From: an uncultured archaeon
Lineage (GTDB): Archaea > Thermoproteota > Nitrososphaeria > Nitrososphaerales > Gagatemarchaeaceae
Assembly (NCBI GenBank): GCA_963799775.1
Contig: CAWCYD010000003.1
Coordinates: 992,001-1,056,000 of the forward strand
Length of the DNA: 64,000 nt
Reading direction: 5' to 3'
In this document: positions 28,969 through 39,610 of the stretch, one piece after another
Layout: every line of letters starts with the position of its first letter
How positions within the stretch are numbered: the first letter of the stretch is position 1
The notes under the pieces: generated by a model
Told to the model about the DNA's origin: nothing
Databases searched by the model: none
Seen by the model: the letters and a program-made list of their open reading frames with translations, nothing else
Program-made: the position numbers and the translations under genes

Positions 28969-31391
28969 GCGGCCCCGCGGACCATCAAGGACTTGACGTA
29001 GTCCGGCGAGGCCGGCATCCTGTCCACGACCACGTGAAAGTCCGAGAGCGCATCCTCGACGGCGTTCATTATCGTGGGGGTCGCGGCGATCGTCCCCGCC
29101 TCGCCCAGCCCTTTGACGCCGAGGAGGTTCGCGGAGGTGGGCGTCTCGGTCCTGTCCAGGACCATCTCGGGGAACATGTCGGCAGACGGGATGAGGTAGT
29201 CGGAGAAGGTCGTGGTGAGCGGCTGACCGTCCTCGTTGAACTCCACCCTCTCTGTCAATGCCTGCCCGATACCCTGGACGATGCCCCCGTGGAGCTGCCC
29301 CTCGACGATGAGGGGGTTGATCACCTTGGCACCGTCGTCGACCGCGAAATACTTCAGAACCTTGACCAGTCCCGAGCCCCGGTCGACCTCGACGAGCGCC
29401 ACGTGGGTGCCGAAGGGGTATGCGTTGTTCTTCGGCACGTAGACGCTGTAAGCGAAGAGGGTGGGCTCCATCCCCGGCGGGATGCCCCACGTCCCATAGG
29501 CGGCGCTCGCGACGTCGGCGAACTTTAGCTTCTTCGAGGGCTGGTCCTCTCTGTAGATCGTCCCCTTGCTGAAGACCATCCCCGAGCCTGAGCGGGACTT
29601 CATCTGGTAGGAGGCGATGACCGACATCTTCTCCCGTATCTTGCGCGCGCAGACGAGGGCCGCACTCCCAGAGAGCGCGGCAGACCTGCTCCCCGCTGTG
29701 AGGCTGCTCCACGGCAGCATCGCGGTGTCCCCGTCCTGGATCGCCACGTCGTCGATGGAGACCCCGAGCTCGTCTGCTACCACCTGTGCGAAAGCCGTCG
29801 CGTGGCCTTGGCCGTGGGAGTGACCCCCGAGGTTCACCAGGACACGCCCTTCTTCGGTGACGGTCATCGAGGCGGCCTGAGGCCAATCCGGGCCGAAGGA
29901 GGAGACCTCGATCCATGTGGCCAGCCCTATGCCCACGAGCCTCCCTTCCGCCCTTGCTCGGGCTCGCTCTCTCACGAGGCCGTCGTAGCCTGAGAGCTTG
30001 AGCGCCTTCGCAAGGTTCGCGCCGTAGTCCCCGCTGTCATAATCATGGTCGCCCGCGCTGTGATACGGGAACCTGTCCTTCGGGATGTAGTTGAGCCGCC
30101 TCACCTTGACCGGGTCGAGCTTCATTTTAGAGGACGCGATGTTGATCGCGCGCTCGATGAGATAAGATGCCTCGGGCCTTCCAGCCCCGCGATAGGCCCC
30201 CTGCGGGACCTTGTTGGTGATCACGACGTCCGCCTCGGCCTTGTAGTTTCGGATGTCGTAGACACCGGGGCACATCTTCAGCGTTATCTCGGCAAGTGCT
30301 GCCTCGCCGCCGTAGGCCCCGCCGTCCTGTATCAACCTGACCTTAAGTCCAAGGATCTTGCCCTCCCTCGAGAGCGCGAGCTCGGCGAACTGCACCTGGC
30401 CTCTCCCTTGCTTCATGGTGACCAGGTTCTCCCTCCTCGACTCCGTCCACTTCACCGGGCGCTTCGTGACCATCGCCGCGTAGCATACGACAGGGTCTTC
30501 CGTGTAGATGCCCGCCTTGCCACCAAAGGCTCCGCCGACGTCGGGTGCGATGAGCCTGACCTTGTCCCTTGGGACGGAGAGGTTGTCTGCGAGCTCGTCT
30601 CTCGCGCCGTGGGGGTCCTGCGTGGAGAGATAGACGGTCAAGACTCCCGTCCCCTCGTCGAACTGGGCCACGATGCCCCTTGGCTCCATCGGAGCGGGAG
30701 AGAGACGCTGGTTGTAGAGCTTGACCTTCACGACCTCGTCGGCCCTCTTGAACGCCTTGTCGACGTCCCCTGCCTCGAATGAGACGTGAGAGGCGACGTT
30801 GCTCTCGAGGTAGTCATGGACCTTGAGAGACCTGGGGCTGATCGCCTTCTCCGGATCAACGACGGCTGGCAGGGGTTCGTAGTCTACCTGGACGAGCTCT
30901 GCCCCGTCCTCTGCCGCGTAGGCGTCCTCCGCCACGACGACCGCGACCGCCTCGCCTACAAAGTTCACCGTGTCCGTGGCCAGCACCTTCCACGTCGTCC
31001 CTGCGGTGTTGGCGCCCCATTCGCCTTCCTCCCCTTCACCCGCCGGTTCGAGGAGGGGTTTGACTTTGCCCTCGAGGTCGGCTCCGGTCAATATCGCAGC
31101 GACGCCCGGGCTGCTCGCTGCCTGAGAGGTGTCCACCTTGAGGACCCGGGCGTGGGCGTGGGGGCTCCTCACGAAGACGGCGCTCAGCATTCCGGGGAGC
31201 TTGATGTCGTCTGCGTATCTCGCCTTGCCTGTGAGGAACTTCCTGTCCTCGACCCTCTTGATGGGCGCGCCGAAGAGGAGGGCAGGCTTGACCGCGACCT
31301 TCGTCGCGGCCCTTTGCCCTCTTGGCCTCCTCGACATGACGGTCCCGCTGGCTTGATGGCTATGAAAGTCTTGTTTCGGAGCCCCGCTCAC
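28965..31391 (-). CDS. Xanthine dehydrogenase family molybdopterin large subunit (form II CoxL-like)
   Basis: KRVED, RSPHAHA, GGAFGGK, active-site AYRGAGR, HGQGH, KGLGEAG. Confidence 0.9.
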   Translation of the reverse strand: MSGAPKQDFHSHQASGTVMSRRPRGQRAATKVAVKPALLFGAPIKRVEDRKFLTGKARYADDIKLPGMLSAVFVRSPHAHARVLKVDTSQAASSPGVAAILTGADLEGKVKPLLEPAGEGEEGEWGANTAGTTWKVLATDTVNFVGEAVAVVVAEDAYAAEDGAELVQVDYEPLPAVVDPEKAISPRSLKVHDYLESNVASHVSFEAGDVDKAFKRADEVVKVKLYNQRLSPAPMEPRGIVAQFDEGTGVLTVYLSTQDPHGARDELADNLSVPRDKVRLIAPDVGGAFGGKAGIYTEDPVVCYAAMVTKRPVKWTESRRENLVTMKQGRGQVQFAELALSREGKILGLKVRLIQDGGAYGGEAALAEITLKMCPGVYDIRNYKAEADVVITNKVPQGAYRGAGRPEASYLIERAINIASSKMKLDPVKVRRLNYIPKDRFPYHSAGDHDYDSGDYGANLAKALKLSGYDGLVRERARARAEGRLVGIGLATWIEVSSFGPDWPQAASMTVTEEGRVLVNLGGHSHGQGHATAFAQVVADELGVSIDDVAIQDGDTAMLPWSSLTAGSRSAALSGSAALVCARKIREKMSVIASYQMKSRSGSGMVFSKGTIYREDQPSKKLKFADVASAAYGTWGIPPGMEPTLFAYSVYVPKNNAYPFGTHVALVEVDRGSGLVKVLKYFAVDDGAKVINPLIVEGQLHGGIVQGIGQALTERVEFNEDGQPLTTTFSDYLIPSADMFPEMVLDRTETPTSANLLGVKGLGEAGTIAATPTIMNAVEDALSDFHVVVDRMPASPDYVKSLMVRGAA

Positions 31392-32622
31392 TGCGCGGCC
31401 CTTTGGTGGGTCGCCGTCCTCTCCTCTCCCATGGAGACGATGCTCACGCTCACCTTCATCTCCTCCTCGAGGTACTCTACGAACTTCTCGACCGGTCTGT
31501 GGAGGCGCGCCGTCGTGAGCTCGGCGCCGAACAGGGGAGGGAGGTCCATGTAGACGGGCTTCACAGAGTCGAGCTCAGGGAGCGCACGCGAGAACTCGGC
31601 GGTCTCCCTCCCGTTGACGTTGTAATGGGTGCAGACCTTGAACTCCTTGAGCTTCGTGAGGATGTCGAGCTTTGTGAGCGCGAGGGTCGAGACGCCGTTC
31701 ATCTTCACGGCGTATTTGAGGGCGACGAGGTCGAGCCATCCGACCCGCCTGGGCCTCCCCGTCGTCGCGCCGTACTCTCTGCCCGTCTCTCTGATGAGCG
31801 TCTCGAGCTTGCCGTGGATCTCTGTCGGGAACGGGCCTCCGCCGACGCGCGTCGCGTAGGCCTTTGCGACTCCCATCACGTCTCCTAGGGAGGTGACCGG
31901 GATGCCGAGGCTGGCTGGGGCGTAGCTTGCGAGGGTGTGGTGCCCTGTCACGTACGGGTAGTGCCCCGTGGATTAGGTCGAGCAGGACGCCCTGGGCCCC
32001 CTCGAAGAGGACCGAGTGCCCCTCCTCGTTCGTCTTCATGATCTCCTCGCCGACGTCTCCCACGAGGCCCTTCAACGAGGCCTTTGCGGACTGGGTCCAG
32101 CCCTCCATGGGGGGCGTCTTCTTCATGAACGAGCGGTAGAACGCGAGCGCGGACCTTAGGTCGAATGCGCCCCCTCTCGAGGTCTCCGGCCCTGGGCGTG
32201 AGGCGGAGCGCGCGCATCGCGTAGGACGGGCCGATCCCTCTCTTGGTCGTCCCGATCGCCCTGTCTCCCCGCAGCTCCTCGATGAAGGCGTCCATCTCCT
32301 TCTCCAGAGGGGTAACTATGGTGCACCTCCCGTCGACCATGAGGTTCGGCTTGTGGCCCTCGCGCTTTATCATCTCGACCTCCTCCGTGAGCGTCTGGGG
32401 GTCCACTGCCACGCCGGGACCGATGAGGAGCCTCTTCCCCTTTAGGAGGCCGGATGGGAGCAGGTGGAAGACGTAGCTCTTCTTCCCGATCACTATGGTG
32501 TGGCCGGCGTTGCTCCCTCCGTTGTAGCGGACGACGGAATGGAACCTGTCAGCGTAGTAGTCTACAATCTTCCCTTTGCCTTCGTCTCCCCACTGGAGAC
32601 CGACGATGCAAAGGTTACGCAA
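31388..32622 (-). CDS. purA: Adenylosuccinate synthetase (two apparent frameshifts)
   Basis: QWGDEGKGK, GGSNAGHT, GTTKRGIGP, FEGAQG, GATTGRPRRVGWLD. Confidence 0.94.
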
Positions 32623-32709
32623 ACCGCGCCACCTACGTCGAGCGGAATTTAACTGTATACGGGGAAAAAGTCAGAAAGGCCCTTGCATCTTGCAGTCGGG
32701 GTCGCCCGC

Positions 32710-33835
32710 CTATCCCGCCTGTCCGTCCTCTTGGGTCGAGGCTCCTGGTCCGCTCTCCTTCGTCTCGTTCGAATGCTCGACGATCCTCGAGATCTCTCCC
32801 TTGGAGAGGGTGTGGCTGGGCTTCTCTGGAAGTATCCCCTGAGGCCTCAGGAGCAGCACGACGATCAGGAGAGACCCGAAGAGAAGGTACTCGAGCCAGG
32901 TAACGTCGAACGGGAGGACGTCCTGCAGGTAGAACTTCGTCGCGTCGATATACTGGAGGAGGAAGATGAAGACGAAGTGCCCGATGGCGACTCCGGAGTT
33001 GCTGGCCACGCCTCCCAAGATAACTATGAGCCAGGGCCAGAATGTCCAGGTGACCCTGTCGTAGGTTGCCGCGTTGGTGTCCCCCGTGTAGATTGTGTAC
33101 AGTGCTCCTGCGACCCCGGTAATGATTGAGGCGATTATCAAGACGTTCCTCCTGAGCACGACGGTGTCCTTCCCCAATGCCTCAGCCGCAGCTTCGTTGT
33201 CCCTCAGGGCCCTCAGAGTCCTTCCGAGAGGTGCACCTGACCATCCTCTCCGCGTAGATGTAGACGACCAGCGCGAAGGCCGCGATGAGGAGGGTCGCTC
33301 CGATGGTGGCATTTGAGCCCATCCACGCGAAGAAGTTAGGTATCCCAATCCCCAGATATCCGTTGATTATCGGAGTGTAGTTGCCGAGGAAGACCTGGAA
33401 GAACGCGGCCGACCCTAGGAGGAGCATCGCCAGATAGTCTTCGCGGAGCCTTATGGCCGGGAATATGGAGATGTACCCCAGGACGCCGCCGACCAACCCT
33501 CCGATGGCCATCGTGATGGCGATCAGGACCAGCGAGGCAGGGATGTCCGAACGGAGCATCGTGGTGAGTTTTCCAGCGATCAGGAAGTTGTCGAAGCCGA
33601 CGACGTTCCCCGGGACGTGCATTATCCACGCTGCAGCCCGGATGGCGACGCTGCCCGAGAACGCAGCCCCTCCCATGAAGTAGAGGACTTTGCCGAAGTT
33701 CGGGATGCCGGCGTATCCCATCTCGAGGTTCAGGCTTATGCTGATAATGAGGTAGAGGGCGAAGAAGGCGAGGAGCCCGCTGAGGAACGAGGTCCAGTCC
33801 GTTATCCCGAGGAACGCGAACTGGGACAGCATCAT
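32710..33835 (-). CDS. livM: Branched-chain amino acid ABC permease (LivM-like, frameshift near 33235)
   Basis: SLNLEMGYAGIPNFG, RLREDYL, GRTLRALRDNEAAA, RPQGILP. Confidence 0.85.
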
Positions 33836-34771
33836 TTCCTCCACCTTGAGAGCGGCCGCCTCCAGTGAAGCGACGTTATCCCTCCTGGCAGGACTAGCAA
33901 CGTGACGACCATTACGAGCAGCGGGATGCCGGGCTGATAGGCCGTCACCCACGACCCGATGTACTGAGCCCCCAACGTCGTGACCACGATCTCGCTTCCG
34001 CCCACGACGAGCCCTCCGACCACCGCCCCGTAGATGCTCTTGAGGCCCCCGAGGATGCTGCCTGCGAACATCGATATCAGGAGGATCGACCCGATGTCAG
34101 GCTCCCCTCCGAGCCAGAAGGAGTAGAAGACGCCCGCGATGGCCGCGACGCCCCCCGCGATGAACCACGATGTGACATAGATCGCCTCGGTGTTCACCCC
34201 GACCACTTTTGCGAGGTTTGAGTTCTCCACAGTTGCCCTCATCGCAAGCCCGAAACGAGTCCGCGTCATCACAAGGTACAAGATGACCGTTGTGAGCGCA
34301 AGTGCCGTGGGGGCGACGTACACGACTCCGTTCACCCCGAAGAGGGTGAAGTCGGCCCCCGTGAGCGCATAGAAGAGCTTCGCATCATAGACCTCCTTCG
34401 CCTGATAGAGGTAGTCCGAGTAGATTCCGAAGATCCCGACGAATACGATGTCGACCGCCAGGGTGGCGATCATGAGGGAGATAATCGAGGCGCCCCTCTT
34501 GGAGAGCGGCCTTAGAACGATTAGATAGATGGCGACCGCTACGAACCCGCCGACCAGGAAAGAGATTGGAAGGGTCGCGTAGGGGTTGATCCTGTTGATG
34601 CGGAAAAGCGCGAAACCGGTATAGAGGCCCACCGTGACGAGGGCCCCCTGGGCGAAGTTCGGCACTTTGGTGGTGATGTAGGTGAGCGTGAGACTGACGC
34701 TCATCAGGCCAAAGAGGCACCGTATACAATCGCGCTGATGACGTACGGCGGTAGAGCGAAGATCGCCTACA
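33832..34771 (-). CDS. livH: Branched-chain amino acid ABC permease (LivH-like; 5' end uncertain, apparent frameshift)
   Basis: VPNFAQG, TRFGLAMRA, ILGGLKS. Confidence 0.85.
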
Positions 34772-34830
34772 CCCTTCGAAGTCAAAACCCCGCTCAAGTC
34801 TTAAATAGTTTCCTAAGCTATCGGGCCCGC

Positions 34831-36174
34831 ATGAGACTATTGAGAAGGGGGGCGGCCTCCACCGCTATGATGGCAGCTTTGCTTGTAGTAGGACTGCTCG
34901 TGGGGGCGGGACTCACATACGCCGTATCCTCTGGCTCAAAGTCGACCGTGACCTCGACAGAGACAATTACCGGGACGGGAGCTGCGAGCGGACTCTCCGG
35001 GACCATCAACATTGGGCTGCTGACAGACCTCTCGGGGAGCCTCTCGGCCATAGGCACCCAGATCAAGACAGCCCAGGGTCTCGCCATTAGCGATATCAAC
35101 GCCTATCTTCCGACGGTAGGGGTGACCAACGTCAAGTTTGCGAGCATCTCTGAAGACACGGGTTCGAACCCAGCGACCGCTCTGACCGACCTGCAGACCC
35201 TCCATTCCGACGGAGTCACAGTCGTAGTTGGGCCGATAACGAGCAGTGAGGCAAGCAACATCCTCTCGTATTCACAATCCAACCAGATCGTTTTGATCAG
35301 TCCGTCCTCGACCGCAATCAGCTTGGCAGGCGCGAGCCCGTACCTGTTCAGGCTGGTCCCCAACGACGCGGCTCAGAGCTTTGCGATCGCCCGCGCTCTG
35401 GTGACCCAGAACATCACGGACATCGTTCCGATCAACCAGCAGAGCGTGTACGGCACTGGGCTCGCCAACGCCACGATGAACAGGTTCGCGACGCTAGGAG
35501 GGCACTCTGAGGCGGAGATCCAGTACGCCACGACGGCGACAGACTTCACGCCGACGTTGACAACAGCCCAGAGCGAGTACCAGTCCGCGGTAGCCAAGTA
35601 CGGGGCGAGCCACGTGGCCGTCGTCGCGATAGGGTTCCAAGAGGTGGGACAGATGCTCGTCCAAGCAAAGAGCAGCTTCTCCGGCCTTCTCGCCACGACC
35701 TGGTTCGGCTCGGACGGCGAGTCACAGAACACCGATTTCACGAACTCCACCAGCGCAGCGGCCCCCGTAGCGGCCCAGGTGAAGCTCCTCAGCACCATCG
35801 GCCAGTCGCCGTCGCCCTCGGCCAAGACAGAGGCCTTCTACGCGGAGTTCAACGCCACGGCTCACACGACCCCTGTGTCGTATGCGACCAACGCGTACGA
35901 CGCGACCTGGGTTGCCGCGTTGTCAATCCTGGCGGCGGGCAGCAACACCGGTCAGGCGATCGCAAAAGCGTTCCCTGGCGTCGCCAACAACTTCTACGGA
36001 GCCTCAGGTTGGACTGAGCTGCAGCCAACGGGCCAGCTCGGAGCAGGCCATGACGAAGCGCCGGTCGGGTACGACGTCTACGGCGTGCAGACGGTGAGCG
36101 GGACCACGCAATGGGTCTTGGAAGCGACCTACTCCTCGGGCACCGACACCATAGCCTGGCAGCCAGGAATGTAA
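34831..36174 (+). CDS. ABC substrate-binding protein (LivK-like) with class III-like signal peptide
   Basis: MRLLRRG|AASTAMMAALL, IGLLTDLSGSL, ISPSST, FRLVPND, AYDA. Confidence 0.88.
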   Translation: MRLLRRGAASTAMMAALLVVGLLVGAGLTYAVSSGSKSTVTSTETITGTGAASGLSGTINIGLLTDLSGSLSAIGTQIKTAQGLAISDINAYLPTVGVTNVKFASISEDTGSNPATALTDLQTLHSDGVTVVVGPITSSEASNILSYSQSNQIVLISPSSTAISLAGASPYLFRLVPNDAAQSFAIARALVTQNITDIVPINQQSVYGTGLANATMNRFATLGGHSEAEIQYATTATDFTPTLTTAQSEYQSAVAKYGASHVAVVAIGFQEVGQMLVQAKSSFSGLLATTWFGSDGESQNTDFTNSTSAAAPVAAQVKLLSTIGQSPSPSAKTEAFYAEFNATAHTTPVSYATNAYDATWVAALSILAAGSNTGQAIAKAFPGVANNFYGASGWTELQPTGQLGAGHDEAPVGYDVYGVQTVSGTTQWVLEATYSSGTDTIAWQPGM

Positions 36175-36218
36175 GTCCCTGGAACGCCTTAAAGACGAGT
36201 TCCATCCCTGCTTTTTCA

Positions 36219-36986
36219 ATGCCCGCGGCAAAGGACATCCTGCAGGTCAAAGACCTCGCCAAGTCCTTCGGCAAGCTCCAGGCAGTCGACGGAATCTCGT
36301 TCGACCTACAGGCGAAGAAGATAACGATCCTGATAGGGCCGAACGGGTCGGGGAAGACGACGTTGGTCAACCTCATCTCGGGGTTCTACAAGCCCGACCG
36401 GGGCGACGTCTTCTACAAGTCGAAGCGGATAACGGGCTGGGCCCCGCACAGGGTGTACCGAGCCGGCATCGCGAGGACGTTTCAGATCCCGGCGCTGTTC
36501 TCGAGGCTGAGCGTCCTCGAGAACGTCCTCGTCGCGGAGAAGCATAACCCCGGCGAGGGGTTCCTCCGGGCCCCGCTCGAGACGCTCTGGAAGGGTGCAG
36601 AGGAGCGCTCGACGGAGCGCGCGGCAAAGATCCTCGAGCTCTTGGGGCTCTCCAAGCTCTGGGAGAGGCAGGCGAACGCGCTGAGCGGCGGCCAGATGAA
36701 GCTGCTCGAGATTGGGCGCGCGCTCATGAGCGGGGCGGACCTCCTGCTCCTCGACGAGCCTATCTCCGGCGTCAACCCGACCCTTGCCCACGAGATATTC
36801 AACACGATCGTCCGGCTAAGAGAGGAGCTGGGCGTCACCTTCCTGATAATTGAGCACAGGCTCGACATCGCCCTGGGATATGTGGACAGCGTGATAGCGA
36901 TGGCGTATGGGAAGCTCATCGCCTCCGGGTCGCCGGACTCGGTGATCGGCGACCCCCACGTAATCGAAGCCTACCTCGGTGCCTAG
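36219..36986 (+). CDS. livG: ABC ATPase (LivG-like)
   Basis: GPNGSGKT, ARTFQ, LSGGQ, LLDEP, EAYLG. Confidence 0.9.
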   Translation: MPAAKDILQVKDLAKSFGKLQAVDGISFDLQAKKITILIGPNGSGKTTLVNLISGFYKPDRGDVFYKSKRITGWAPHRVYRAGIARTFQIPALFSRLSVLENVLVAEKHNPGEGFLRAPLETLWKGAEERSTERAAKILELLGLSKLWERQANALSGGQMKLLEIGRALMSGADLLLLDEPISGVNPTLAHEIFNTIVRLREELGVTFLIIEHRLDIALGYVDSVIAMAYGKLIASGSPDSVIGDPHVIEAYLGA

Positions 36987-37701
36987 TTTGCTGGACGTCG
37001 AAGGCCTCTACGCCGGCTATGGGAAGCTCCAGATCCTCAACGGCGTCACCCTGGAGGCCTCGCCCGGGAAGGTCACGGTGATAGTCGGCCCGAACGGCTC
37101 GGGCAAGAGCACCCTCCTCAAATCGATCTCGGGGATAGCCTCGATCTTCCAGGGTAGCATCGAACTCGACGGGGTCGCCCTCGTGGGCAAGTCTCCGACG
37201 GAGATCGCCAGGCGGGGGGTGGCCTACCTGCCCCAGACCGACAACATCTTCACCGTTCTGACGGTGAAGGAGAACCTTCGTCTTGCCGGGTACACGGTGA
37301 GCGAGAGCGACTACGCCGCGAGGTTCCAGGCTGCCCTCGCGCTCTTCCCGCAGCTCTCAAGGTACCTCGAGACGAAGTCTTCCAACCTCAGCGGAGGGGA
37401 GAGACAGATGGTTGCCATGGCGATGGCGATGATGAGGAAACCCAGCGTCGTCATGTTCGACGAGCCCACTGCGAACCTCGCGCCGAAGATAGCCACCCAG
37501 GTGCTGGAGACCGTGGCCACGATAACGAGGAGCATGAACCTCACGACCGTGCTCGTCGAGCAGAACGCCAAGCGCGCGCTGGAGATGGGGGACGAGGCGT
37601 TCCTTCTGGTCAGCGGCAAGACGGTGTTCAGCGGGACCTGCAAGGAGCTGCTCGAGCACAAGGAGCTGGGAAGGCTGTACCTGGGTCTGCAACGGGCCTA
37701 G
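36979..37701 (+). CDS. livF: ABC ATPase (LivF-like)
   Basis: GPNGSGKS, LSGGERQ, LVEQNA, LYLG. Confidence 0.9.
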   Translation: MPSLLDVEGLYAGYGKLQILNGVTLEASPGKVTVIVGPNGSGKSTLLKSISGIASIFQGSIELDGVALVGKSPTEIARRGVAYLPQTDNIFTVLTVKENLRLAGYTVSESDYAARFQAALALFPQLSRYLETKSSNLSGGERQMVAMAMAMMRKPSVVMFDEPTANLAPKIATQVLETVATITRSMNLTTVLVEQNAKRALEMGDEAFLLVSGKTVFSGTCKELLEHKELGRLYLGLQRA

Positions 37702-37813
37702 AGTCATGAAACGCCTAGCCATCAGGCTGCTCGCACTGGGAAGCGCCGACCCCTGCCCGTCTTCGCCCCTTGTTGTCTCAAAACGTTAATTGGAGGGTAC
37801 GGTAAGGGTTGCC

Positions 37814-38203
37814 ATGGACGCGTCCAAGCTCATCGACAAGCGAATCGCAGAGCTCGACGACTGGCGCGGGCAGACGTTTACCGGGCTCCGGAAAGTCATC
37901 CACGAAGCGGACCCCGAGGCAGTCGAGGAAGTAAAGTGGATCAAGTCTGACAAGCCGCTGGGCACCGCGGTCTGGTCCCACAACGGAGGGGTCGTGCTTG
38001 TGAACGCGTTCAAGGACAAGGTCAACCTGACCTTCTACGAGGGCGCGCGGCTTGCGGATCCGAAGAAGCTCTTCAACTCACGCCTCGAGGGCCACCGGTG
38101 GCGGGCGATAGACTTCAGCGAGGGGGACAAGATCAACGAGCCTGCCCTGAAGGCTTTGATACGCGCCGCGGTCGCTTACAACACTTCCAAGCCGAGAAAG
38201 TGA
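37814..38203 (+). CDS. DUF1801/YdhG-like protein
   Basis: DWRGQT...EEVKW, GARLADPKKLFN, LIRAAV. Confidence 0.8.
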   Translation: MDASKLIDKRIAELDDWRGQTFTGLRKVIHEADPEAVEEVKWIKSDKPLGTAVWSHNGGVVLVNAFKDKVNLTFYEGARLADPKKLFNSRLEGHRWRAIDFSEGDKINEPALKALIRAAVAYNTSKPRK

Positions 38204-38237
38204 AGGGGATCGAGTGGGAGCGCCAGCAGAGGAGAAG

Positions 38238-38325
38238 TGGCGCCGGCGACGAGATTTGAACTCGCAAGCCCTTTCGAGCGGCAGCTTTCCAGGCTGCTGG
38301 GTTACCAGGTTACCCATACGCCGGC
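38238..38325 (-). tRNA. tRNA-Ser(GGA) with encoded CCA
   Basis: Acceptor GCCGGCG/CGCCGGC-G-CCA, anticodon arm GCAGC-CTGGAAA-GCTGC, long variable arm GCTC-GAAA-GGGC, T loop TTCAAAT. Confidence 0.92.
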
Positions 38326-38404
38326 TTGAGGGCAGCCGTCTTTCATGAGTTAGAAATAGGTTGCCCGCTCAGCACAATAACCTCCGTCGCCGGGACGCTG
38401 GAAG

Positions 38405-39601
38405 ATGAACGCGCGGCAGCTCGTAGCGGTCTTCGCTGTCCTCCTGCCGGCCTTCATGTACGGCTTCTATCGCTTCTCAGTGGGCGTCCTGGTCCCCACG
38501 CTCGAGAAGGTCTACTCCGTCGGCGACCCTACGGCCGGTGCGATAGTCTCCGGGTCGGTGGGGCTCGTAGGAATCGGCGTGATCGCCTCGGGGTTCCTCT
38601 CGCAGCGCTACGGCGACCTGAAGGTGATCCTCGGAGGGCTGGTCCTCTTTTCAGTGGCGATGGCCGCAGTCACCATCTCCGCCGGCATAGCGGCCTTCTC
38701 AGCCCTCTTCCTGGTCGCGTCGCTCGGCAGCGGGCTGGTCATCACCCCTTCGTATAGCATCGCCGCAGCGCTCTTCCCCAAGCGCAAGGGGTTCGCCGCC
38801 AGCTACGTCTCGGCTGGATACAACTTCGCAGGTTTCATAGGGCCCGCCGCGACCTCCTACCTTCTGGCAGGCTACGGGTGGAACGCGCCGTTCTTGATGT
38901 TCACAGGGGTGGGCCTCCTGATCTTCCTCGTTGTGATCGCGGTCCTCGGGAGGGGGGCACCCCCGTCGTCGGGCAGCGGACTGAGGTCGTTCGCGAGCCT
39001 CTTGAAGATCAGGGTCGTGCGGGTCTTGTCCCTAGCCGTCTTCTTCGCGGACCTCGGCTTCCTCGTCTATCTCTCGTGGGCCCCGAAGTTCCTCGCCCTG
39101 AACTTTGGCGCGACGGCGAGCGACGCGACGACCCTGGACTCCGTCTTCGGGATAGGGCTCGGACTTGGAGGACTGGGAACGCTCGCCGGAGGCAACCTCT
39201 ACGACCGGATAGGAGGGAGGAAGAGCATAGTCGTCGCCGGATTACTCCCCGCCGGGGCGCTGGTCGGCACATATCTGGCGCCCTCGTTCCTGGTGGTGGT
39301 CGTCTTCGTCCTCTTGACTGGGATCCTGGGGAACATCTTCTGGCCCTTGATCACGGCGATGTGCCAGGAGAACGTCTCGCAGCAGGACAGGACTGCCGCC
39401 ACGAGCGTGGTCCAGACCGCCGGGTTCGTGGGGGCCTTCATCGGGCCTGGACTCGCCGGGGCGGCTGGCGGGCCGATCGCACCCGTGCTCCTGCTGACCT
39501 CCGCAGCGCCGTACCTCGTCCTCACGTTCATAGGCGGCGTGTTCTACGTCGACCCCAAGCGTCAGGCCGCGCCAAGGACTATAACCGGCGAGACTGGGTG
39601 A
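38405..39601 (+). CDS. MFS transporter
   Basis: About 12 hydrophobic segments; motif A-like GNLYDRIGGRK. Confidence 0.88.
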   Translation: MNARQLVAVFAVLLPAFMYGFYRFSVGVLVPTLEKVYSVGDPTAGAIVSGSVGLVGIGVIASGFLSQRYGDLKVILGGLVLFSVAMAAVTISAGIAAFSALFLVASLGSGLVITPSYSIAAALFPKRKGFAASYVSAGYNFAGFIGPAATSYLLAGYGWNAPFLMFTGVGLLIFLVVIAVLGRGAPPSSGSGLRSFASLLKIRVVRVLSLAVFFADLGFLVYLSWAPKFLALNFGATASDATTLDSVFGIGLGLGGLGTLAGGNLYDRIGGRKSIVVAGLLPAGALVGTYLAPSFLVVVVFVLLTGILGNIFWPLITAMCQENVSQQDRTAATSVVQTAGFVGAFIGPGLAGAAGGPIAPVLLLTSAAPYLVLTFIGGVFYVDPKRQAAPRTITGETG

Positions 39602-39610
39602 GGAGCGTCC

